Shown piece by piece: positions 1 through 8,622 of a stretch of 60,488 nt of DNA. The notes beneath the pieces are model-generated. The model was not told the DNA's origin. It was given only the letters and a program-made list of their open reading frames with translations, and searched no databases. Within the stretch, counting starts at the first letter, position 1, and the number at the start of each line of letters is the position of its first letter. The DNA is from an uncultured Collinsella sp. (GTDB taxonomy: Bacteria; Actinomycetota; Coriobacteriia; Coriobacteriales; Coriobacteriaceae). The translations under genes were made by a program, and so were the position numbers. The stretch covers positions 1 to 60,488 of the forward strand of contig USAX01000001.1 in the NCBI GenBank assembly GCA_900552705.1, read 5' to 3'.

Positions 1-1136
1 CGCACGTAAACGTATATCTTTCGGGCGTGGGAACCGACAAATATCGCCATTTCCGCGGCTCGATGGGACACGAGGTGAAGGCCGAAAAGCGCAATTGGTA
101 CTCGGAGGACGCCCTTGGCGAGAAGCGCATTGGCCCCGCGGGCAGCGTCGTGTGCTGCAGTATCATCCTGTTCGCGCTGCTATGCTGCGCATGGATTGGG
201 CCCGAGAGACTTGCCATGAGCGCGCCCTCGGTGCTGCGCGGCAAGTATTTTGAAGGTTCGGGTGTCGTGGGCATTTTTATTGGTACCGTGGTGTTTGCCC
301 TACTGGCGCCGCTTGTGGGTGGCCTGATCGACGGCGTTGACCGCAAACTTTCGGCTCGCATGCAGGGCCGCGTGGGCCCGCGCCTGCTGCAGCCCTTCTA
401 CGACGTTGCCAAGCTGCTACGCAAGGCCCCTGCCAGCGTAAATACCATGGACGATACCTATATGGCGTGCGCGCTCATCTTTACCGTCGTGGGCGGCGGC
501 ATCTTTGTGTCGGGCTCCAACACACTGCTGTGCGCTTTTATGGTGACGCTCGCCGCGATTTTTGTGGTGTTGGCGTCCGCCTCGACGCAGAGCCCGTTTG
601 CCCAGGTCGGCGCCGACCGCGAGCTGCTGCAGGTCATGAGTTACGAGCCCGCCGTTTTGCTGATGAGTGTGGGCCTGTATCTTGCCACCGATAGCTTCGA
701 CTCCATCGCCGTAACGGGGCAGTCGGCCCCCATCATCGTGTACAGCGCGCCCATTTTCCTCGCGCTGCTCGCGGTGCTCACCATCAAGCTGCGCAAGTCG
801 CCGTTCGATCTTTCGTACTCGCATCACGCGCATCAGGAGATCGTCCAGGGCGTCGCCACCGAGATGAGCGGCGGCACGCTGGCCAAGATGACCCTAATGC
901 ACTGGTGCGAGACCGTGCTGTTTTTGATGTGGGTGGGCATGTTCTTTGTCTGGGACAACCCGGTGAGTTGGGTTGTAGCCCTGGTCGTTATGGCCGCGAC
1001 GTACTTTGTCGAGGTCCTGATCGACAACACCTTCGCACGCAGCACCTGGCGCAGCTGCTTTAAGCTCGGATGGGGCGTGGCGCTGGTGTTTGGCCTGCTC
1101 AACCTTATGCCCATCCTCGTCGACGTGTTTATTTAG
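1..1136 (+). CDS. echB: Ech hydrogenase membrane subunit B (NuoH-like), preceded in frame by an EchA-like C-terminus; 5'-truncated by the window edge
   Basis: Frame is open from nt 3 (HVNVYLSGVGTDKYRHFRGSMG...RNWY, resembling an EchA tail). It continues into NuoH/EchB motifs DRKLSARMQGRVGP, LQPFYDVAKLL and RKSPFDLS. Confidence 0.85.
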   Translation, partial: HVNVYLSGVGTDKYRHFRGSMGHEVKAEKRNWYSEDALGEKRIGPAGSVVCCSIILFALLCCAWIGPERLAMSAPSVLRGKYFEGSGVVGIFIGTVVFALLAPLVGGLIDGVDRKLSARMQGRVGPRLLQPFYDVAKLLRKAPASVNTMDDTYMACALIFTVVGGGIFVSGSNTLLCAFMVTLAAIFVVLASASTQSPFAQVGADRELLQVMSYEPAVLLMSVGLYLATDSFDSIAVTGQSAPIIVYSAPIFLALLAVLTIKLRKSPFDLSYSHHAHQEIVQGVATEMSGGTLAKMTLMHWCETVLFLMWVGMFFVWDNPVSWVVALVVMAATYFVEVLIDNTFARSTWRSCFKLGWGVALVFGLLNLMPILVDVFI

Positions 1137-1148
1137 GAGGCGGCATCC

Positions 1149-1790
1149 ATGGATCATAAAATGTCGCGCTCGCCGTGGGTTATTCATTACGACGGCTCGA
1201 GCTGCAACGGATGCGATATCGAGGTGCTGGCCTCGCTCACGCCACTGTTCGATGCGGAGCGCTTTGGCGTGGTCAACACCGGCAACCCCAAGCATGCGGA
1301 TATCTTTTTGGTGACGGGGTCGGTCAATGCCCAGAACCTGCCCGTCGTGCGCCAGATCTACAACCAGATGCTCGAGCCCAAGTGCGTGGTGGCGTGCGGC
1401 ATTTGCGCGTGCTCGGGCGGCGTGTTCCGCGATGCCTACAACGTGATCGGCGGCGTGGACCGCGCGATTCCCGTGGACGTGTACGCGCCCGGGTGCGCCA
1501 TTCGCCCCGAGACCGTGATTGATGCCATTGTGGAGGCGTGCGGCATCCTGGACCAGAAGGAGGCCGTGATGCGCGCCGGCGGCGATCCGCTCACCGTGGG
1601 CGGCGCCGCTACCTGGGACGGCGGCGTTGAACTGGGCGAGGACGGGTTTGTGGCCGCGGGGACCGGGGCTGACGGTGCCGGTGACGGCGTCGAGGCCGAT
1701 TTGTCCGTTGGGAAGTCCGCTGCGCCTGCCGCTGGCGACGCACCTGCTGAGACGCCCGCCACGCCCGCCGCTGCAAAGGAGGCCGAGTAA
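1149..1790 (+). CDS. echC: Ech hydrogenase small subunit C (NuoB-like, Fe-S)
   Basis: SCNGCDIE, NPKHAD, GICACSGG and PGCAIRPE motifs; AGGAGG RBS; Gly/Ala/acidic tail. Confidence 0.9.
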   Translation: MDHKMSRSPWVIHYDGSSCNGCDIEVLASLTPLFDAERFGVVNTGNPKHADIFLVTGSVNAQNLPVVRQIYNQMLEPKCVVACGICACSGGVFRDAYNVIGGVDRAIPVDVYAPGCAIRPETVIDAIVEACGILDQKEAVMRAGGDPLTVGGAATWDGGVELGEDGFVAAGTGADGAGDGVEADLSVGKSAAPAAGDAPAETPATPAAAKEAE

Positions 1791-2509
1791 TGCAAAAGGC
1801 TATCTATACCACCGTCGGGATCGACGAGCTCCTGTCGCATGTCCAGGCGCTCAAGGGCGTCGGCGCGCGCTTTGTGCAGATGCACGCCGAGCGCAACGTC
1901 GACGACGGCACGTATCGCCTGCTCTATACGTTTATCAACGTTCGCGCTGCGCAGGAGCATATTGCAAAGGACGGCAGCTATGCGATCGAGAACCTGGTGG
2001 TCGAGGGTATCGATCAGTACCAGGAGATTCCGTCCATCAGCTCGTATTATCCGGCGGTATTTCCGTTTGAGAACGAAGCGCACGACCTGTTCGGGCTTGC
2101 CATCACCGACATGCAGATTGACTTTAAGGGCTTTTTCTACCAGGTCTCGACTGTCGAGCCCATGAGCGTTATCACGCCCGAGGTGAAGGCCGCGCGCGAG
2201 AAAGCCATGAAGGTCCGTGTCGCCGCCGAGGCCAAGGCGCGCAAGGCCGCTGCCGAGAAGGCCGCCGCGGCTGCGGCCGCTGCGGGGAAGGGCGCTGCGG
2301 GCGCTGGCGATGCTGCGGGCGCTGTCGTCGCTCAGCCCGCTGCGGCTGCCGGCTCCGATGCTCAGCACGATGAGGCTGCTGCGAAGGCCGCGCTCAAGGC
2401 TGCCGAGATGGAGGCAAAGCTCGCCGCCATGGATCCCGAGAAAGCGGCCAAGGTCCGCGCGGCGCTTGCCGCCAAGGCCGCCCGCGATAAGCAGAAAAAG
2501 GAGGCGTAA
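1790..2509 (+). CDS. echD: Ech hydrogenase subunit D (NuoC-like) with Ala/Lys-rich tail
   Basis: IPSIS...FENEAHDLFG motif; TAATG coupling to echC. Confidence 0.85.
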   Translation: MQKAIYTTVGIDELLSHVQALKGVGARFVQMHAERNVDDGTYRLLYTFINVRAAQEHIAKDGSYAIENLVVEGIDQYQEIPSISSYYPAVFPFENEAHDLFGLAITDMQIDFKGFFYQVSTVEPMSVITPEVKAAREKAMKVRVAAEAKARKAAAEKAAAAAAAAGKGAAGAGDAAGAVVAQPAAAAGSDAQHDEAAAKAALKAAEMEAKLAAMDPEKAAKVRAALAAKAARDKQKKEA

Positions 2510-2514
2510 GGTCC

Positions 2515-3603
2515 ATGGCACATCGCTCCGTTATTCCGTTTGGCCCGCAACACCCGGTGCTGCCCGAGCCGCTTCATCTGGACCTGGTGATCGAGGACGA
2601 TCGCGTCATCGAGGCAATTCCGCAGATCGGCTTTGTGCACCGCGGACTCGAGAAGCTCACCGAAAAGCGCGATATGCATCAGTTTGGCTACATCGCCGAG
2701 CGCATCTGCGGCATCTGCGCCGTGGGCCACAGCTATGGCTATGCCAGCGCCTGCGAGCGCATGCTCGACATCGAGGTGCCTGGCCGCGTGCAGTATATCC
2801 GTACTATTTTGCACGAGCTCTCGCGTATTCACTCGCACCTGCTGTGGCTGGGCCTGCTCGCCGATGCCTTTGGCTTCGAGGCGCTGTTCTATCGTTCGTG
2901 GACGCTGCGCGAGCAGATTCTCAAGATCTTTGAGAGCACGTGCGGCGGCCGCGTGATTCTGTCGATCAACGAGATCGGCGGCCTTAAGCACGATATCGAG
3001 GACTCCGAGCTGGCGGGCATTGTCCAGATGCTCGATGCCATGCGCCCCGACTACGAGGCCCTGGTGCATACGTTTTTGGACGATGGCAGCTGCGGCGAGC
3101 GCCTGCATGGCGTGGGCGTGATCAGCAAGAAGGACGCGCTGGATCTGTCGATGGTCGGCCCGTTTGGGCGCGCCTCGGGCGTGGACTACGACGTGCGCAT
3201 GTTTGGCGACGGCGCCTATGCGGATCTGGCTGCGTTTGAGCCCATCGTTGCCACCGACGGCGACTGCTATGCCCGCTGTCAGGTGCGTTGTGCCGAGGTC
3301 ACGCAGGCCATGGACATCATTAAGGAGCTTGTCAGCAAGATCCCGCACGACGGTATCGGCGGGCGCACCAAGCTTACGCCGGCCGACGGCGCGCGCGGCG
3401 AGGTTGTGATTGAGCAGCCGCGCGGCGAGGCGTACTACTATGTGCGCGGCAACGGCACCAAGAATCTGGACCGTTTTCGCGTGCGCACGCCGACGTCGCA
3501 GAACCTGGCGGGTCTGACACATGCGCTGCAGGGTGTGCTCCTTGCCAACGTGCCCATGATTATCCTGACCATCGACCCCTGCATTAGCTGCACGGAAAGG
3601 TAG
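2515..3603 (+). CDS. echE: Ech hydrogenase large catalytic subunit E (group 4 [NiFe])
   Basis: GPQHP, HRGLEK, L1 ERICGIC and L2 DPCISCTER ending without a cleavable extension, as in Ech. Confidence 0.93.
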   Translation: MAHRSVIPFGPQHPVLPEPLHLDLVIEDDRVIEAIPQIGFVHRGLEKLTEKRDMHQFGYIAERICGICAVGHSYGYASACERMLDIEVPGRVQYIRTILHELSRIHSHLLWLGLLADAFGFEALFYRSWTLREQILKIFESTCGGRVILSINEIGGLKHDIEDSELAGIVQMLDAMRPDYEALVHTFLDDGSCGERLHGVGVISKKDALDLSMVGPFGRASGVDYDVRMFGDGAYADLAAFEPIVATDGDCYARCQVRCAEVTQAMDIIKELVSKIPHDGIGGRTKLTPADGARGEVVIEQPRGEAYYYVRGNGTKNLDRFRVRTPTSQNLAGLTHALQGVLLANVPMIILTIDPCISCTER

Positions 3604-3610
3604 ACGCGGC

Positions 3611-3952
3611 ATGAGTTTACTGACATTTGCCAAGACGGCCTTGGGTTCTATGGTCAAGCAGCCGGTAACGGTGTGCTATCCGCAGGAGAAGCTGGCGGCG
3701 CCCGAGCGCCTGCGCGGGCATATCGTCAACGACATGGACGTGTGCATTTGCTGCGGCATGTGCGCGCGTCGCTGCCCGGCGGGCGCGCTCGCGGTCGATC
3801 GCAAGGGCGGAACGTGGTCGATCGACCCGTATGCCTGCGTGGTGTGCGGCGAGTGCATCGAGAGCTGCCCCAAGCACTGCCTGACTATGGACACCGCCCG
3901 CACCCCGGTCGCAGCGGAAAAGACTCCCACGGTAGAAACCAAGCCGGAGTAG
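3611..3952 (+). CDS. echF: Ech hydrogenase subunit F, 2x[4Fe-4S] (NuoI-like)
   Basis: CICCGMCARRCP and CVVCGECIESCP. Confidence 0.9.
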   Translation: MSLLTFAKTALGSMVKQPVTVCYPQEKLAAPERLRGHIVNDMDVCICCGMCARRCPAGALAVDRKGGTWSIDPYACVVCGECIESCPKHCLTMDTARTPVAAEKTPTVETKPE

Positions 3953-3961
3953 CGCGAAGAC

Positions 3962-3993
3962 GGGCCGGTGGGGCAAAATTGCCCCACCGGCCC
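3962..3993. terminator. Perfect 15-bp hairpin after the ech operon
   Basis: gggccggtggggcaa-aa-ttgccccaccggccc; no U tract. Confidence 0.5.
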
Positions 3994-4053
3994 CGCGCGT
4001 GAACGCGTGTGCGGGCCGCCACGCGACCCGTCCAGCCCGAAAATGACCCGTCT

Positions 4054-4458
4054 GCCACGAAATGGGCCCATCTACTACGTTTAAGCCGCTACCCTCAACC
4101 ATGGCGAAAAACGCAAAAGCAAAACTGCAGGTAGAACGTCTGCGATTTTGCATGAAAAGCGGATATGGTCGGGGGTATCGAGTCAAACGTAGTAGATGGA
4201 CCGATTTCGTGGCGGGCGCTGTCAGCCGATCTCCGCGGGCGGAAGAAAACGGATCATTTTTGTCCCGCGAGGCCTGGGATGGTATCCGTGCGGGACTATC
4301 CGAACAAAACTATGTCGGTTTACTACGATGAATTCGACATTCCCGACCATGACTGCATTTTTCTAAATATTGCAGGCGTTCTACCTGCGGTTTTGCAAGC
4401 GCGCAATTTGCCGTGGTCGAAGGTGGGCGATTCATCGTAGTAAACCGGCATAGTTTTG
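4054..4458. repeat. Two related MITE/REP-like inverted-repeat units in opposite orientation
   Basis: Unit 1 arms 4054-4102/4165-4213; unit 2 arms 4305-4350/4413-4458. The cores gcaaaac(t/c)gcaggtagaacg(t/c)ctgc are reverse complements of each other. Confidence 0.75.
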
Positions 4459-4518
4459 AAATGGTATTAAATCGGTAGCAGCCATTTTGCTATGCCGGGG
4501 CGGTCAGTCGTTGGGCAA

Positions 4519-5148
4519 CTACCCTCGCAGGTAGGCGATGGCGATCTGCGTGCGGTTGCGCAGGCCCATCTTTGCAAGGATCGAGCTGATGTGGTTGCGC
4601 ACCGTGCCTTCGCCCATATAGGCGGTGGCGGCGATTTCCTTGTTATCGAGGCCGCGGGCGATGAGCTCTGCGACTTCGAACTCGCGGTCGGTCAGGCTGG
4701 CAAAGGCGGCGGGCTGGCGGAGCGTGCCCGCCTCAACGCCCGTTCCGTCAAAGTCGATATCCTCGATCGCCTTGCCCTCGAGCACACGTTTACCTTCCAT
4801 GACCTGCGCCAACGCCGGCGGAATAGCGGCGACATCGGTCTTGATCAGGTAGCCGCGGGCGCCCAGTTTGAGTGCCGACACAATGTACTCGTCATCCGAA
4901 AACGTTGTCAGAAACACCACGCGTGCTGCAGGATCGCGCTCGAGGATCTCGCGCGCCGCCGATAGGCCGTCGCGTCCCGGCATCTGAATGTCGAGCAGCG
5001 CGATGTCGGGCGAGTGCTCAGCGTAGAGCGCCACTGCGTCGTTGCCGTTGGCACCGGTGCCCACAACCTCGATCTGCGGCTGGGCGCCCAGGATAATCTT
5101 GAGCGAATCGACCACTAGGCGGTCGTCGTCGACAACGATGAGCCTCAT
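4519..5148 (-). CDS. NarL/LuxR-family response regulator
   Basis: Receiver motifs VDDD and LLDIQMP; HTH LTDREFEV...TVRNHISSILAKMG. Confidence 0.93.
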   Translation of the reverse strand: MRLIVVDDDRLVVDSLKIILGAQPQIEVVGTGANGNDAVALYAEHSPDIALLDIQMPGRDGLSAAREILERDPAARVVFLTTFSDDEYIVSALKLGARGYLIKTDVAAIPPALAQVMEGKRVLEGKAIEDIDFDGTGVEAGTLRQPAAFASLTDREFEVAELIARGLDNKEIAATAYMGEGTVRNHISSILAKMGLRNRTQIAIAYLRG

Positions 5149-6290
5149 CGGCCATCATCTCCTTGCTGTTTGGGAACGGTGGCAAACACGCGCCAGCCGC
5201 CGGCGCCGGCACGCGGGCCGGCGGTGAAGGTGCCGCCAAGCGCCTCGATGCGCTCGCGCATAGAGGCGAGCCCCATGCCCTCCGCGGCGCCGTGGCCGCT
5301 TGCTTGAACCCCGCCCGCGCCATCGTCGGTAACGATGAGCTGGTAAAACGACGGACGCTCCATGCAACGTACAGTGACAGCATGGGCGCAAGCGCGGCGC
5401 ATGGTGTTGGAGAGCGCCTCGCGCAGGACCGCCGCAAAGCAGTTCGCGACGTTTGCGGGCGCATGTTCGGTCATAACTTCAAGCTCAATCTGCGGGCCGC
5501 CGTCCGAGCGCGCGCCTTCAACAATGCGTTCGAGCTGCACGGAAAGGTCGACAGCGTTGTCGTTGAGCGCATGGACGCTAGTACGCACAAGTTGGAGCGC
5601 CTCGTCAACCGTGCGTTTGACGTCGGCGAAATCGGCGGCGACGCCGGGCTCGTCGGCGTGGATCACGCGCAGGGCTTCGGCTTGTAGCGAGGCACGCGTG
5701 AGCTGGTGTCCGACGTTATCGTGGATCTCGCGCGCGATGCGGGCGCGTTCGGCGAGCGTCGCGAGCTCGACTTCGTAGTCCTGGCGGTCGGCGAGGTCGC
5801 GGTTGCGTGCCTCGAGTGCCAGGGCGCGTTCTTGCAGCTTGTCGCGGGTGCGACGCATGCGTTCCTGTTCACGCTCCAGCTGCGCGGTGCGCAGCGACAG
5901 CAACGTGGCGGCGACCGAAAGGATGGCGGTTAGCAACAGCGTTCGGGTGGTGAGCGCGCCGCAGCGAAGGTCCGTGGCAAGTGCGCAGGCAAACACGGAG
6001 CCAATTGCCAGCGCGGGCCAGATGCGTTCACGGCGCACGCGTCGCGCGATGTCATAGAGGGCGAGAGGTGCGAACGGCACAAACGGCGGCACGAAGACAG
6101 CCGCGATGACGTAGGCGTAGCTGCCGGCCTCGCTGGCGCGACGGGCGCGTTCTCCCTGCGCGACCTCGGCCAGCGCGGCGATGACAACGCCAAGGCAAAA
6201 CGCCGCGACCAGGCGAGCATCCACAGCAAGGCCCGTGGCGGCTGCGATGCAGCACGCCAGCACGATCGATTTGTCGAATAGCCTGTTCAT
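5145..6290 (-). CDS. Membrane sensor histidine kinase (HisKA_3)
   Basis: ERARIAREIHDNVGH, EALSN, DDG and GMGL. Start set at MNRLF, 6 nt after a TACAAT -10. Confidence 0.9.
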   Translation of the reverse strand: MNRLFDKSIVLACCIAAATGLAVDARLVAAFCLGVVIAALAEVAQGERARRASEAGSYAYVIAAVFVPPFVPFAPLALYDIARRVRRERIWPALAIGSVFACALATDLRCGALTTRTLLLTAILSVAATLLSLRTAQLEREQERMRRTRDKLQERALALEARNRDLADRQDYEVELATLAERARIAREIHDNVGHQLTRASLQAEALRVIHADEPGVAADFADVKRTVDEALQLVRTSVHALNDNAVDLSVQLERIVEGARSDGGPQIELEVMTEHAPANVANCFAAVLREALSNTMRRACAHAVTVRCMERPSFYQLIVTDDGAGGVQASGHGAAEGMGLASMRERIEALGGTFTAGPRAGAGGWRVFATVPKQQGDDGR

Positions 6291-6342
6291 ACGGGTATTG
6301 TACGCGATGCCGCGCACGGGGGAGGCGCCACTCAAAGCAACC

Positions 6343-6418
6343 GTGACATTCCTCCCACGCGGCGGGGCGGTCGCGTCAGCAGGCTACGCGACCGCCCCGC
6401 ACTCGTGACAAAGCTCAC
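6343..6418. promoter_or_regulatory. Divergent promoter region with two GTGACA boxes flanking a 15-bp hairpin
   Basis: GTGACATTCCTCCC (6343) and GTGACAAAGCTCAC (6405); perfect inverted repeat 6362-6376/6386-6400. Confidence 0.45.
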
Positions 6419-6486
6419 TGGTGCGCGCCGTCAGCTCCTGCGATGATGCAATCGTACCGGGCCGCAAGCAACAGAAGGGCCGCCTC

Positions 6487-7425
6487 ATGACAGACATCGT
6501 CCACGTCGAAAACCTCGTTAAGCGCTACGACGACCTTATTGCGCTCGACCACTTTAACCTGAGTATCGCCCCCGGCGAGATCTTTGGCCTGCTGGGCCCC
6601 AACGGCTCGGGCAAGACCACGTCCATCAACTGCATCCTGCAGCTGCTCGCCTACGACAAAGGCACCATCGAGCTGTTCGGCGAGCCCATGACGCCCGCCC
6701 GCTACGACCTCAAGCGCCGCATCGGCGTGGTGCCACAGCAGGTGGCGGTGTTCGACGAGCTCACGGTGCGCGAGAACATCGACTATTTCTGCAGTCTTTA
6801 CGTCAACGACCGCAAGCGCCGCCGTGCGCTCGTGGACGAGGCGATCGACTTTGTCGGTCTGGGCGACTTTGCCAAGTTCCGCCCCGGTAAGCTCTCGGGC
6901 GGCCTGGCGCGCCGGCTCAACATTGCCTGCGGCATCGCGCACAAGCCCGAGCTCATCTTCTTCGACGAGCCCACGGTGGCGGTCGACCCGCAGAGCCGCA
7001 ACGCCATCCTGGAGGGCATCTGCCGTCTGCGCGACGAGGGCGCCACGGTGGTGTATACCAGCCATTACATGGAGGAAATCGAGCAAATCTGCAGCCGCAT
7101 CATGATCATGGACGGCGGGCGCGTGCTGGCGCAGGGCACCAACGACGAGCTCAAGCGCATGATCCAGATGGGCGAGCGCGTGACCGTCGAGGTCGGCGCC
7201 GTCGAGGCCGCCACGGTCGAGCGCCTGCGCGGCCTCGAGCATGTGCTTTCGATCGAGCTGTCCGGCGGCGAACTCGTTTGCACCTGCGAGGCGAGCCCGC
7301 ACAATCTGGTCGACATCCTTGACACGCTGCGCGCCGCCGATGTGGCGCTCGGCCGCGTGTGGAGCGAGCCGCCGACCCTCAACGACGTGTTTCTCGAGAT
7401 TACCGGCCGCGAGCTGCGCGACTAG
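6487..7425 (+). CDS. ABC exporter ATP-binding subunit (LnrL/DrrA-like)
   Basis: GPNGSGKT, LSGG, FFDEPT and SHY motifs; C-terminal PTLNDVFLEITG. Confidence 0.92.
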   Translation: MTDIVHVENLVKRYDDLIALDHFNLSIAPGEIFGLLGPNGSGKTTSINCILQLLAYDKGTIELFGEPMTPARYDLKRRIGVVPQQVAVFDELTVRENIDYFCSLYVNDRKRRRALVDEAIDFVGLGDFAKFRPGKLSGGLARRLNIACGIAHKPELIFFDEPTVAVDPQSRNAILEGICRLRDEGATVVYTSHYMEEIEQICSRIMIMDGGRVLAQGTNDELKRMIQMGERVTVEVGAVEAATVERLRGLEHVLSIELSGGELVCTCEASPHNLVDILDTLRAADVALGRVWSEPPTLNDVFLEITGRELRD

Positions 7426-7434
7426 GGGGCGGCC

Positions 7435-8622
7435 ATGTTCAACACCATCATAACCACGGCCAAGACGCTATTGCGCCGGCCGAGCACATGGGTCTGGGGC
7501 GCGATCTTTCCCGTCGCGCTTTCAACGATGTTCATGTTTATGTTTGCGAACCTCAGCTCCGACGGCAAGATCGACCCGGTGCCGGTAGCCGTTGTCGCTG
7601 ACGAAGCCTGGGGCGCTTCGTCCTTTAAGGACGTGGCGACCTCGCTTGCCAGGGAGGGCGACGATCAACTGCTCGATGTGAGCGAGTACGAAGACTTGGC
7701 TGCCGCGCGCAAGGCACTCAAGGCCGGCGAGGTCGCGGGCATCTATACGGTCGACGACGCGGGCACGCCCAAACTCACGTTGCTTTCGAGCTATGACGGC
7801 TCGCGTGCGTCGTCGGTACTCACCGACCGCAGCATCCTTGAAACGGTGGCAAGCTCGTATGCGCAAAATGCCGAGCTCATGGCCCAGATTGCTCAAGATG
7901 ACCCGGCGGCGCTCGCCGACCCGGAGGCGGTTGCGCGCGCTCTGTCGCTCGAGGGCGGAATCCGTCGCGTGAGCCTGACGCGCACCACGCCCGACGGCAC
8001 GACCATTTACTATTACGCGCTCTTTGGTCTGGTCGCGATGATGTCTGCCGAGTTTGCCGCCTTGAGCGTTGTCGACCTGCAGCCCAATCTGTCGGGCCTC
8101 GGCGCGCGCCGCTGCGTGGGCGGCCTTTCCAAGACGGCGTCGCTGGCCGGCATCTTTGTCGGCTCGTGGCTGGTTTCCTTTGCCTCGATGGCGGTCGCGA
8201 TTGGCTACGTGCGCCTGGTGGTCGGCGTCGACTTTGGCGGGCGCGAGGGGCTGTGCCTGCTGGGCGGCGCCGTGTCCGCGCTTGCCGCCACGGGCTTGGG
8301 ACTCTTTGTGGGCACGCTTCCCGTTAAGGGCGGCAAGGCATCCAAGTCCGGCATCCTCACGGGCTTTGCCACCACGTGCGCCCTGTTTGCCGGGCTCTAC
8401 GGCGAGCCGGCGATGGCGCTTGCCGACGACGTCGCCCGCGCCTGCCCGGCCGAGTGCTGGCTCAACCCCGTCAAGCTCATCTGCGACATGTTCAACCGCC
8501 TGTATTTCTTTGAGGACCTGGGTCCCTTTGCCGTCCGCGCCGGCGCGCTCGTCCTGATGGCCCTGGTGTTTGTCGCCGCCGCTACGCTGATCTTTGGAAG
8601 GAGCCGCTATGAGCACCTTTAA
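7435..8622 (+). CDS. ABC-2 type permease
   Basis: N-terminal TM, extracellular domain, several C-terminal TMs; operon context. Confidence 0.85.
   Translation: MFNTIITTAKTLLRRPSTWVWGAIFPVALSTMFMFMFANLSSDGKIDPVPVAVVADEAWGASSFKDVATSLAREGDDQLLDVSEYEDLAAARKALKAGEVAGIYTVDDAGTPKLTLLSSYDGSRASSVLTDRSILETVASSYAQNAELMAQIAQDDPAALADPEAVARALSLEGGIRRVSLTRTTPDGTTIYYYALFGLVAMMSAEFAALSVVDLQPNLSGLGARRCVGGLSKTASLAGIFVGSWLVSFASMAVAIGYVRLVVGVDFGGREGLCLLGGAVSALAATGLGLFVGTLPVKGGKASKSGILTGFATTCALFAGLYGEPAMALADDVARACPAECWLNPVKLICDMFNRLYFFEDLGPFAVRAGALVLMALVFVAAATLIFGRSRYEHL

Noticed and set aside
2515..3603. Missing C-terminal maturation peptide of the large subunit as a novelty
   Set aside because: This is a known property of Ech-type hydrogenases.
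4062..4440. Small ORFs 4062-4331 and 4165-4440
   Set aside because: They overlap the inverted-repeat element and have no motifs or RBS.
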